Positions 9,116-17,497 of a stretch of DNA of 64,000 nt are shown in pieces (positions within the stretch are counted from its first letter, which is position 1; each line of letters begins with the position of its first letter). Location: positions 1,044 to 65,043 of the forward strand of contig JAUXOF010000038.1 of the NCBI GenBank assembly GCA_030682405.1. Direction: 5' to 3'. The DNA is from Thermodesulfovibrionales bacterium (lineage in GTDB: Bacteria; Nitrospirota; Thermodesulfovibrionia; Thermodesulfovibrionales; JdFR-86). Below the pieces are notes generated by a model, which saw only the letters and a list, made by a program, of their open reading frames with translations, did no database searches and had not been told where the DNA came from. A program made the position numbers and the translations under genes.

Positions 9116-9281
9116 AAAAAGGCAAGTCTATGCCCTCTACAACCTCACCCCGGAAGAGACTGACGGGTTTCCCCAAATAAGCAGTGGGTTACTTAAAAGA
9201 GGAGACCATTTCCCGTCCAAGGCATTGTTTTTACTGCACTTTGTTAGTGGTATGAATATTGCTTCCATAGAAATCCGATAA
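9116..9281 (+). pseudogene. Second orphan gene tail (..VYALYNLTPEE..), diverged copy of the 8602-8633 segment
   Basis: 9128-9159 matches 8602-8633 at 29 of 32 nt. The reading frame (part of ORF 9051..9281) diverges right after PEE. No intact gene is present. Confidence 0.4.
9248..9263 (+). promoter_or_regulatory. Sigma-54 (-24/-12) promoter candidate for the lipoprotein/L,D-transpeptidase operon
   Basis: TGGTATGAATATTGCT has the exact GG-N10-GC spacing of TGGCAC-N5-TTGCW. It lies about 128 nt upstream of the ATG at 9391, and the operon ends with a sigma-54-dependent regulator. Confidence 0.5.
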
Positions 9282-9322
9282 GGGCACTGAAAGGGGGTGT
9301 TTTGCTGTTTTAGCCGGCGGGG

Positions 9323-9346
9323 TGCCGGAGTGCTTGCCGGAATGCT
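9323..9346 (+). repeat. Tandem 12-bp direct repeat in the 5' leader
   Basis: tgccggagtgct followed directly by tgccggaatgct (1 mismatch). Confidence 0.6.
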
Positions 9347-9390
9347 CGGATGTTCAACAAATCATATTCAAAATTAAGGAGGAGACTATT

Positions 9391-9984
9391 ATGAAGAAGT
9401 ACATGAAGTACATGGCGCTGGCACTTGTGGCCATGGCCATTCTTGCAGGCTGCGGCAAGCAGCCGACAGCGGAAATCGATGCGGTCAAGGCGGCTATTGA
9501 CGTTGCGGTGGCCGAGGGCGCCGCAAAGTATGCGGCAGAAGACGTCAAGCTCTTAAACGACGGGCTTACGGCAGCTATGGACGAGGTCAAGGTACAGGAC
9601 GGAAAGTTCTTCAAGAACTACGGCAAGGCAACAGAGATGCTTGCCAAGGTAAAGGCGGACGCAGAGACGCTTAAGACCGCACTGCCTGAAAAGAAAGAGC
9701 AGGCCAAAACCAGCGCCCTGAGCGCACAGGAAGAGGCCAAGAAGGCCGTGGCAGAGGCAGCAGGACTCCTTAAAAAGGCCCCGAAGGGCAAGGGCACGAG
9801 GGCGGACGTAGAGGCCCTTAAGGCCGACCTCAAGGGCGTTGAGGACGCACTCGTAGAGGTTCAGGGCCTCATAGACACCGAAGACTACGTTGCTGCCGCC
9901 GACAAGGCCAACGCAGCCAAGGAAAAGGCTGCCGGCATATCGGCTGACGTAACGCAGGCATTGGAAAAGACAGGCAAGAAGTAA
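9391..9984 (+). CDS. Ala/Lys-rich helical lipoprotein (DUF4398-like N-terminal region)
   Basis: AAGGAGGA RBS at 9376-9383. Signal peptide with lipobox LAGC. The ORF-track start at 9322 was rejected. Confidence 0.65.
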   Translation: MKKYMKYMALALVAMAILAGCGKQPTAEIDAVKAAIDVAVAEGAAKYAAEDVKLLNDGLTAAMDEVKVQDGKFFKNYGKATEMLAKVKADAETLKTALPEKKEQAKTSALSAQEEAKKAVAEAAGLLKKAPKGKGTRADVEALKADLKGVEDALVEVQGLIDTEDYVAAADKANAAKEKAAGISADVTQALEKTGKK

Positions 9985-9990
9985 ACCCCC

Positions 9991-11085
9991 TTGACAGGCA
10001 CTCTCGCAAAGGCCATAGCGCTGTTGCTATGCCTGTCCTTTTGGGGCTGTAGCAGTCCGACACTGCCGCCAGAGGTGAAGCTTGCCAAAACACAGGAGCA
10101 CAGCCTCTGGCGGGCAGGTGCCGAGGCATATACGCCCGAGGACTACAACAGGTATAAAGAAGCCCTGCAGGAAGTCAAAAGCGACCTCATCAAACAGGAG
10201 GTGCGGCTTTCATGGTTCAGGGATTACGCAGCGGTAGAGTCCCGTTTCAGGGAAATCCTAAAACAGGGCGAAGGACTTCTCAGGAAGGTACAAGAGGAGA
10301 AGAAACTCAGGGCCGAGAGCACCGAGCAGGAGATTCTCGTTTTTCAGGAAAAGCTCCAGACCCTTAAGAGGCTGAGCGCTATGATAAACGAGGGACGGCT
10401 TTCAAGGGCGGACATCACAAAGGCCGAACTGGCATTAGCCGAGGCCCAAACCCTGCACCGAAGAGGACACTACCCATTGGCCGAGGAAAAGCTAAGCAGC
10501 ATATCCGACTACATAACATCCGGCGAGGAGGCTATCCGGCCTATACTAAGCCGCTTTACCGACCGCGCCCTTATAGCGAAGTGGCAGGGGTGGGTGCAAA
10601 GCACAGTGGCCGAGTCAAAGGCAAAAGGCTCCTACGCCATCGTCATAACCAAGGTCAACCGCAGGCTTACCGTGTACAGAAACGGAGCCGTCCTTAAGAC
10701 CTATGAAATCAATATAGGCAGACGGGGCTCGCTCGATAAAGTCCATGCCGGCGACCACGCCACACCAGAGGGCAGGTACAGCATAGTCAAGAAACTGCCG
10801 AGAAGCCGCTACTATAAGGCGCTCCTTATCAACTACCCCAACGAGGAGGACTTAAGGCAGTTCCTTGCCGCCAAGAAAAAGGGAATCATCCCTGCAAGCG
10901 CAAAGATAGGCGGTCTCATAGAGATACACGGCGGCGGCAAAGAGGGAATGACCTACGGCTGTGTCTCACTTGAGAACAGACACATGGATGAGCTTTACGG
11001 CCTCGTTGATACGGGCACACCCGTAACCATCGTAGGCGTAACGGAATATCAAAACAGCATCTCCTCTGAGCTAAGGGAGCGGTAG
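9991..11085 (+). CDS. L,D-transpeptidase (YkuD domain) lipoprotein with long coiled N-terminal region
   Basis: Lipobox FWGC. C-terminal IEIHGGGKEGMTYGCVSLEN is the H...GC catalytic signature of YkuD enzymes. Confidence 0.75.
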   Translation: MTGTLAKAIALLLCLSFWGCSSPTLPPEVKLAKTQEHSLWRAGAEAYTPEDYNRYKEALQEVKSDLIKQEVRLSWFRDYAAVESRFREILKQGEGLLRKVQEEKKLRAESTEQEILVFQEKLQTLKRLSAMINEGRLSRADITKAELALAEAQTLHRRGHYPLAEEKLSSISDYITSGEEAIRPILSRFTDRALIAKWQGWVQSTVAESKAKGSYAIVITKVNRRLTVYRNGAVLKTYEINIGRRGSLDKVHAGDHATPEGRYSIVKKLPRSRYYKALLINYPNEEDLRQFLAAKKKGIIPASAKIGGLIEIHGGGKEGMTYGCVSLENRHMDELYGLVDTGTPVTIVGVTEYQNSISSELRER

Positions 11086-11086
11086 G

Positions 11087-11707
11087 GTGAGGATTAAGGG
11101 ACTCCCCATGGTCTTTGCCGCAGTGCTTGCAGTCTTCCTCATCATGGAAGCTGCGGGCTACTATATAGGCTCACGCGCTCAAGTGGCAGACAGGGGGCTG
11201 CCTCAGACAAAGGGGCTTAGGGCCGAGAACCGGGCCCTCAGGGCAAAACTTGAGGGTTTGGCGCCAAAGGGAATCCATATAGTTATAGACACGGCAGATA
11301 ACACATTGTTTCTTAAAAACGGCGCAAAAACCCTTAAGGCCGTGGTGATATCAAGCGGAAGCGGAAGCATTCTGAAGGACACCGCAGGCAAGAGGCAGTG
11401 GGTCTTCGATACGCCGCGCGGCGAGTACGCCGTCAAGTCCAAGATAAAAAACCCCAACTGGATAAAGCCTGATTGGGCCTTCATCGAGGAGGGCGAAAGT
11501 ATCCCAAGCGAGTTAAAGGACAGGGTGGAGGAAGGGGTGCTCGGCGAGTACGCACTGGGCTTTGGAAGCGGCTACTTCATACACGGCACACTCTATAGGA
11601 GGCTCCTTGGCAGGAGCGTGACCCACGGCTGCATCAGGGTCGGGGACCAAGACCTCAAGGCCGTTTACAATGCCTCCCCCATCGGGACAAGGATATTCAT
11701 ATTTTAG
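11087..11707 (+). CDS. L,D-transpeptidase (YkuD domain), membrane-anchored
   Basis: N-terminal TM helix. YFIHGTLYRRLLGRSVTHGCIRV is the canonical H-x16-(S/T)HGC motif. Confidence 0.8.
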   Translation: MRIKGLPMVFAAVLAVFLIMEAAGYYIGSRAQVADRGLPQTKGLRAENRALRAKLEGLAPKGIHIVIDTADNTLFLKNGAKTLKAVVISSGSGSILKDTAGKRQWVFDTPRGEYAVKSKIKNPNWIKPDWAFIEEGESIPSELKDRVEEGVLGEYALGFGSGYFIHGTLYRRLLGRSVTHGCIRVGDQDLKAVYNASPIGTRIFIF

Positions 11708-11724
11708 CGGCCAGAATAGTCGGA

Positions 11725-12342
11725 TTGCTCGGTCTGCTGACGGCCCTCCTCATCTCACAGGAGGCCTTCTCCGGTGACATCAAGGGGCTTGGCGAAGAAA
11801 ACCGGCTGCTAAAGGCCGAGCTTCAGCTGGCCCATAAGCAGGACATCTATTTTGTCTTTGACATGTCTATGATGAAAATAGACCTGAAGGCCCGCGGAGC
11901 GACACTCAAACAGTGGGCTGTTCAGGACACGAAACTCTGGGGCTACCGCCCTGATATAAAGCCGCATGCGCTTCTTAAAAAGAGCACGCTCCTAAAGCCG
12001 CGCCGGGCCAAAATCAAGCCCGGCAGCAGCGCGGAGGTGACGGAGGATCCCGAGGCCCTCGAACTTAAGGACATGCCGTCAAGCTACAGCCTCCATATAA
12101 GCGACGGCGTGCTCATATCAGTAAGGCCCGAAGGAGGGGGGCCGCTGTCCGCCCTCATGGGCTTTGGCCGTAAGGTCAGGCTGCAGATTTCCCGCCCCCT
12201 GCTCAGCCTCTGGAACGCCGTCTCCGGGAGGCCGTTCAGCGCAATAGACCTCGTCATGAAGGAAAAAGAGGCGCAGGCGCTGTACTGGTCTTTTTCAGAG
12301 GGCTCAGGGTGTATAATATATTATACGACTACCGATGATTAA
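11725..12342 (+). CDS. Hypothetical protein; N-terminal part paralogous to the preceding L,D-transpeptidase, catalytic signature absent
   Basis: GLGEENRLLKAELQ..IYFVFDMSMMKIDLKARGATLK parallels GLRAENRALRAKLE..IHIVIDTADNTLFLKNGAKTLK of the 11087 gene. There is no IHG...HGC motif. The 3' end overlaps the kinase start. Confidence 0.5.
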   Translation: MLGLLTALLISQEAFSGDIKGLGEENRLLKAELQLAHKQDIYFVFDMSMMKIDLKARGATLKQWAVQDTKLWGYRPDIKPHALLKKSTLLKPRRAKIKPGSSAEVTEDPEALELKDMPSSYSLHISDGVLISVRPEGGGPLSALMGFGRKVRLQISRPLLSLWNAVSGRPFSAIDLVMKEKEAQALYWSFSEGSGCIIYYTTTDD

Positions 12343-13765
12343 AGACTATTTCCTCAGACTCTCCCTTAACAAGAAGCTGGTGCTCATGATGCTGTTTTTG
12401 AACCTGAGCCTCATTGCCGCGCTCATCTTCCTTTACTACCAGACGGAGAAGGCCATATACAGCGAGTTTGAAAGGCATATCACAGAGCTCACGAAGGCGA
12501 TACGGCTCGGGATGGAGGAGGTCACAAGCGGCGGCACCCCGGATGAAAAAAGGCTGCAAAACTACCTCAAGAAGCTGAACACCAAAGGCGTCAGGGAGAT
12601 ATCCCTCATCAGCACCTCCGACAGAATCGTCTCAAGCACAAACCCCGGAAACGTCGGCAAGTGGATAACGAAACAGAAGAAGGAACTCATATTCAAAGCC
12701 GAGCTCGGAGAGCCGGTGACCGGCAGGGAGCAGGACTTCGATGTAATAGTTCCGGTTATGGCGGGCGAAAAGCACCTCGGCTATGTACACCTGTCCATGA
12801 ACACTGAGGACTTCTCGGTCTTCATGCAGAGGGGCGTAATAAGAAGGGTCATTGCGGCCTCCGCGGTCTTCGGCATAGGGATAATACTCGCCGTATTCCT
12901 TGCGGGCAGATACACAAGACCCATAGAGGACGTGGTCAGGGCGGCAAAAAGCGTTGCAGGCGGCGACCTCAGCCAGAGGCTCCAGACCGACAGGAAAGAC
13001 GAGATAGGGGAACTCACCGGCAGCTTCAACTATATGGTGGGCAAACTCAGGGAGGAGCAGGAACTCAGGGAAAGGCTCAGAAAGGCCGAGCACTTTGCCG
13101 GCATGGGGCAGTTCTCAAGCAGCATCGCACACGAGATAAGAAACCCCCTGAACTTCATAAGCCTCTCCATAGACCACATAAGGGAGAGGTATGCGCCTGA
13201 GGCCCTTGAGGACAGGACAAGTTTCAACTCCCTGATACTGAACATCAAAAAGGAGATTCAGCGTGTAAGCGGGTTTGCCGAGGGTTTTCTGGACTTCAGC
13301 AGGCCCATCGGGCTTAACCTCCGGAGAACGGACATGGGCGGCCTGATTAAGGGCGTCATCGAACTCGTCTCTGCAAAGGCGGAGAAGGAAGGCATAAAAA
13401 TAGAGAGGCATTACAAGGCCCTGCCGGAACTCGATGCAGACGCCGACCTCATAAAGACATGCCTTTACAACATCATACTGAACTCATTCCAGGCCATGCC
13501 CGGAGGCGGCAGTCTCAGAATCGGCACAGAGGCCTCAGGCGGGATGCTCTCCATCTCTGTGTCGGACACAGGCAGCGGCATCCCCGAAGACAAGGCGGCG
13601 CGTGTATTTGAGCCGTTCTTTACAACCAAGGACAAGGGCTTGGGGCTCGGCCTCTCCCTGACAAAGCGGGTCATAGAGGAACACGGAGGCGCTGTAGAGT
13701 TCAAAAGCGCCGAGGGCAAAGGCTCCACCGTGACGATTACCCTGCCCTTGGCGCAGGAGGCCTGA
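12335..13765 (+). CDS. Sensor histidine kinase (2 TM, HAMP, HisKA, HATPase_c)
   Basis: HAMP segment RPIEDVVRAAKSVAGGDLSQRL..DEIGELTGSFNYM, H-box SSSIAHEIRNPLN, and a G-box region DTGSGIP...GLGLGL. Confidence 0.85.
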   Translation: MIKDYFLRLSLNKKLVLMMLFLNLSLIAALIFLYYQTEKAIYSEFERHITELTKAIRLGMEEVTSGGTPDEKRLQNYLKKLNTKGVREISLISTSDRIVSSTNPGNVGKWITKQKKELIFKAELGEPVTGREQDFDVIVPVMAGEKHLGYVHLSMNTEDFSVFMQRGVIRRVIAASAVFGIGIILAVFLAGRYTRPIEDVVRAAKSVAGGDLSQRLQTDRKDEIGELTGSFNYMVGKLREEQELRERLRKAEHFAGMGQFSSSIAHEIRNPLNFISLSIDHIRERYAPEALEDRTSFNSLILNIKKEIQRVSGFAEGFLDFSRPIGLNLRRTDMGGLIKGVIELVSAKAEKEGIKIERHYKALPELDADADLIKTCLYNIILNSFQAMPGGGSLRIGTEASGGMLSISVSDTGSGIPEDKAARVFEPFFTTKDKGLGLGLSLTKRVIEEHGGAVEFKSAEGKGSTVTITLPLAQEA

Positions 13766-13766
13766 G

Positions 13767-15143
13767 ATGCCGGCGGTTGTCCTCATCGTAGATGACGAGC
13801 CCCTTCAGAGGGAGATACTAAAGACCATCCTTGATGCCGAAGGGTATGAGACCCGCACTGCAGGCGGAGGTCTGGAGGCCCTGAGGATGGCAAAGGAGCA
13901 GCACCCCGACATCATCCTGACCGACCTGAAGATGGACGGCATGAACGGCATAGAGCTCATGGAGGCGATGCCCGGGGAGCCGTTTGCGCCCACGGTTATA
14001 ATCATGACCGCCCACGGCACGATTTCCTCGGCAGTGGCCGCTGTTAAGAAAGGCGCCTTTGACTACCTGACCAAGCCGCTTGAAAAAGACACCCTGATTC
14101 TGACCCTGAGGAGGGCCGAGGAGCGCGTTTCACTCCGTAAGGAAAACCTCCATCTCCAGAGGGAGCTTTACGGCAGGTTCAAAATAGAGGGGATAATCGG
14201 CAGCTCCCAGATGATGCGCTCGGCCATAGATGTCATGAAGAGGGCCTCGCCCACTGCAGTGACAATGCTCGTAAGGGGGGAGTCCGGCACAGGCAAGGAA
14301 CTCGTTGCGAGGGCGATACATTACAACAGTCCGAGGAAAAGGGGGCAGTTTACAGCGCTAAACTGTGCGGCAATCCCTGAAGGGCTTTTCGAGTCCGAGC
14401 TTTTCGGTTATGAGCCGGGGGCGTTCACAGGCGCATCGGGCCTCAAAAAGGGGCTTTTTGAGGAGGCGGACGGAGGAACACTATTCCTCGACGAGATAGG
14501 GGACCTGCCGTTTACAACGCAGTCAAAACTCCTGAGGGTCATACAGGACAAAGAGATAAGAAGGCTCGGCGGAAAAAACACAGTCAAGGTAGATGTCAGA
14601 ATCATTGCAGCCACGAACAAGGACCTCGAAAAAGAGGTCTCAAAGGGCGCATTCAGGGAGGACCTCTACTGGAGGCTCAAGGTGGTCACCATAGACCTGC
14701 CGCCCTTAAGGGAGAGGCGGGAGGACATCCCCGAACTTGCGGACTTATTTATGAAAAAATACAGCCGCGAGTTCGGAAAGAGAATAAAGGGTATAGAGCC
14801 CAGTGCGCTCAAGGCCCTCGGCGACTACGGTTGGCCCGGCAATATAAGACAGCTTGAGTCCGTTGTGGAAAAGGCAGTGCTCGTAAACGACACCGGCATT
14901 ATAGGACTTAGCGACATTGGTAATGACCTCAGGCCCGGCGGCCCCGGAGGCGCATACGACATTGACATTCCTGAGGGCGGGATGGACTTTGAGGAGCTTG
15001 AAAAAGAGCTCATCAGGAAGGCCATGCTCAGGGCGGACGGGGTAGCCGCAAAAGCCGCAAGGCTTCTTGGAATGAGCTATAAGACGTTCCTCTACAGGCT
15101 TGAGAAGTTCAACCTTGCACCGCCGGACAAGGAAAGTGCGTAG
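13767..15143 (+). CDS. Sigma-54-dependent response regulator (NtrC family: REC, AAA+, Fis-type HTH)
   Basis: REC with DLKMDGMNG, Walker A GESGTGKE, GAFTGA loop (EPGAFTGA), and a C-terminal HTH AAKAARLLGMSYKTFLYRL. Confidence 0.9.
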   Translation: MPAVVLIVDDEPLQREILKTILDAEGYETRTAGGGLEALRMAKEQHPDIILTDLKMDGMNGIELMEAMPGEPFAPTVIIMTAHGTISSAVAAVKKGAFDYLTKPLEKDTLILTLRRAEERVSLRKENLHLQRELYGRFKIEGIIGSSQMMRSAIDVMKRASPTAVTMLVRGESGTGKELVARAIHYNSPRKRGQFTALNCAAIPEGLFESELFGYEPGAFTGASGLKKGLFEEADGGTLFLDEIGDLPFTTQSKLLRVIQDKEIRRLGGKNTVKVDVRIIAATNKDLEKEVSKGAFREDLYWRLKVVTIDLPPLRERREDIPELADLFMKKYSREFGKRIKGIEPSALKALGDYGWPGNIRQLESVVEKAVLVNDTGIIGLSDIGNDLRPGGPGGAYDIDIPEGGMDFEELEKELIRKAMLRADGVAAKAARLLGMSYKTFLYRLEKFNLAPPDKESA

Positions 15144-15165
15144 CGCCCGCTTTAAGGCAATGCCC

Positions 15166-16713
15166 TTACCGCCCCTTTATCATCGCTATATGCCTTTGCC
15201 AGTTCTCCCCCCTGCCCGGGAAATCGGTTCTGTAATGCGCCCCTACGCTCCCTTCCCTTAAGAGTGCTGCCTCGGTTATCAGGGCAGCCGTCTGAAGCAT
15301 GTTTTTAAGCTCAAGCTCCCGCCTCGTAGCAAAGGTCTTATCGAGGATATACTGCCACTCCCCAAGCTTTTCCTTTGCAGCCGTGAGAGAGTCTTTGCAC
15401 CTTATGATTCCGACTTTTTCCCACATCAGCTTCCTCATCTGCCCCCGTATCTCGTCATGGGCGGGGATTGAGTGGAATGTAAATGCCGGAGGCATGGCCT
15501 CAGCCTCCGGGGGCCTGCCCATGCCTCTAACACTGGAAAGTGCGGAGCTTCCGGCCCTTTTCCCGTAAACAAGGCCTTCAAGAAGGCTGTTGCTTGCAAG
15601 CCTGTTTCCGCCGTGGACGCCTGTGCATGCAACCTCGCCGGCTGCAAAAAGCCCCTTTATGCTCGTCCCTCCGCCGGTATCGGTTTTTACTCCTCCCATC
15701 ATATAGTGCGCGGCAGGGCTTACCGGGATGAGGTCTTTTGTTATGTCCACTTCGTACTTCAGGCATGTGGAATATATCCTCGGAAACCTTTTTTTCACGA
15801 ACCCGGCATCAAGGTGCGTAAGGTCAAGGTACACGTGGCTGCTTTTGGTTATGAACATCTCGGAGATTATGGCGCTTGCGACCACGTTTCTGGGGGCAAG
15901 CTCAGCCATTGGATGGTATCTCTGCATGAAGGGTTCCCTGTTTATATTCCTCAGGCGTCCGCCCTCCCCTCTCATGGCCTCGCTCAGGAGGAAATGCGGG
16001 GCAGAAGGCAGATAAAGGCCCGTAGGGTGAAACTGCACAAACTCCATGTCCTCAAGCTCGGCGCCCGCCCTGTAGGCTATGGCCATGCCGTCTGCGGTCG
16101 CAACCTGAGGGTTGGTCGTTATGGAGAATATCTGTCCGCCTCCGCCTGAGGCCAGAATAGTGGCGCGGGCAAACACGGGAGAAATCTTCCTGTCCCTTAA
16201 GACGTAGGCGCCTATGCATCCGCCGTCCTGCACAATCAGGTCAACGGCCATGGTAAAGGGCGACCTCCCGACCGATGGGAAAGACCTGACCTTCTGAAGC
16301 AATACCCTCTCAAGCTCCTTGCCTGTGGCATCGCCGTGCGCATGGAGGATTCTCTTTCTTGAATGGGCGGCCTCCAGAGTGAAGGCAAGCCTTGAGCACT
16401 CCTTGTCAAACTCAGCGCCCCATGAGATTAGCTCAAGTATGCTCTCCGGCCCCTCTTCGACGAGAATCCTCACGGCATCCTCCCTGCAAAGGCCGTCGCC
16501 CGCCTTTAAGGTGTCCTCATAGTGGATGCCGACTTCGTCCTCATCGCTTAAGGCGACCGCAATCCCGCCCTGCGCGTACTCGGTGCTGCTTTCAGAGGGG
16601 ATGTCCTTTGTGACGACAAGGACATCCCCGTGAGGGGCCAGCTCTATGGCCGCCCTCAGCCCGGCCACGCCGCTTCCGATTATCAGGAAATCAACGCTCT
16701 CCTGCCTGCCCAC
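15166..16713 (-). CDS. nadB: L-aspartate oxidase
   Basis: FAD motif IIGSGVAGLRAA, plus EFVQFHPTG and RGEGG motifs. The length and C-terminal helical domain are typical of NadB. Confidence 0.85.
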   Translation of the reverse strand: MGRQESVDFLIIGSGVAGLRAAIELAPHGDVLVVTKDIPSESSTEYAQGGIAVALSDEDEVGIHYEDTLKAGDGLCREDAVRILVEEGPESILELISWGAEFDKECSRLAFTLEAAHSRKRILHAHGDATGKELERVLLQKVRSFPSVGRSPFTMAVDLIVQDGGCIGAYVLRDRKISPVFARATILASGGGGQIFSITTNPQVATADGMAIAYRAGAELEDMEFVQFHPTGLYLPSAPHFLLSEAMRGEGGRLRNINREPFMQRYHPMAELAPRNVVASAIISEMFITKSSHVYLDLTHLDAGFVKKRFPRIYSTCLKYEVDITKDLIPVSPAAHYMMGGVKTDTGGGTSIKGLFAAGEVACTGVHGGNRLASNSLLEGLVYGKRAGSSALSSVRGMGRPPEAEAMPPAFTFHSIPAHDEIRGQMRKLMWEKVGIIRCKDSLTAAKEKLGEWQYILDKTFATRRELELKNMLQTAALITEAALLREGSVGAHYRTDFPGRGENWQRHIAMIKGR

Positions 16714-16739
16714 TCATTGCCTCTTTGCGGCATCGCATT

Positions 16740-17405
16740 TCATATGCCGTCTCCCATAAGCTCCTTAAAGTCGGATATTGACGGGAATTCCGAAGCAGGC
16801 CTTTTAGTTTCCTTAGAACTGGCCGCGGTCTTAAGCAGGATGTATTTTATTCCGTAGAGCCTTGCGGTCTTAAGAACCTCCTCCGTGTCGTCTATGAAAA
16901 GACTCGTTTGCTTTTGGAACCCCAAAAGGGACTCTGCCTTTTCCCAGAACTTAAGGCTCTCCTTCGGATGCCCGAGGTCAAAGGAGGCGATTACGGAATC
17001 GAAATATTTTCCTATGCCGGTCTTTTTGAATTTTATGTCAATGGACTTGTAATGCGCGTTCGTAAGGAGAAAAATCTTTTTCCCGTGCCTCCTCATCTCC
17101 TTGAGGAAATCCTCCACATGCGGGTGCACCTCAACGAGGTGCTTTATCTGCTCTTTGAGGGCCGGTATGTCAAGAGCCAGCTCCCTTGACCAGAAATCAA
17201 TGTCAGTCCAGTTCAGGGTGCCCTCATGCCTTTTGTATTTACTCATGAGATGCCCCTTTGCGCTGCCGAAGGTGATATTGTTTCTCTCGGCGTATTTCTC
17301 CGGCACGAGGTGTTCCCAGAAATAGTCGTCAAAGTACTTATCAAGGAGGGTGCCGTCCATGTCAAGGAGGACGTATTTTATCTCTTTAAGGGGAATGCCA
17401 TTCAT
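16740..17405 (-). CDS. HAD-superfamily hydrolase
   Basis: Motif I LLDMDGTLLD, motif III/IV region FIDD. Start placed at MNGIPL, which follows GGAGGCAGGAG. The ORF track allows a start at 17453. Confidence 0.7.
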   Translation of the reverse strand: MNGIPLKEIKYVLLDMDGTLLDKYFDDYFWEHLVPEKYAERNNITFGSAKGHLMSKYKRHEGTLNWTDIDFWSRELALDIPALKEQIKHLVEVHPHVEDFLKEMRRHGKKIFLLTNAHYKSIDIKFKKTGIGKYFDSVIASFDLGHPKESLKFWEKAESLLGFQKQTSLFIDDTEEVLKTARLYGIKYILLKTAASSKETKRPASEFPSISDFKELMGDGI

Positions 17406-17497
17406 CTCCTGCCTCCGGATGCTCGGGATAGGAAAGTTTAACATTTCCGGCATGAAAACACCGCGGAGAAATTCCGTCTTGGGTTAAAGGAGACTCC

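Noticed and set aside
9160-9300. Direct repeat of the tRNA-Glu 3' end marking the distal att site of the defence islet.
   Set aside because: Only a weak resemblance (gaaatccgataagggca against gaatcccattgggga) was seen, and there is no integrase. This is not convincing without alignment statistics.
9322-9390. The ORF-track start at 9322 (MPECLPECSD...) for the lipoprotein gene.
   Set aside because: This N-terminal extension is produced by the 12-bp tandem repeat and has no RBS. The ATG at 9391 has an AAGGAGGA RBS and starts a canonical lipoprotein signal peptide.
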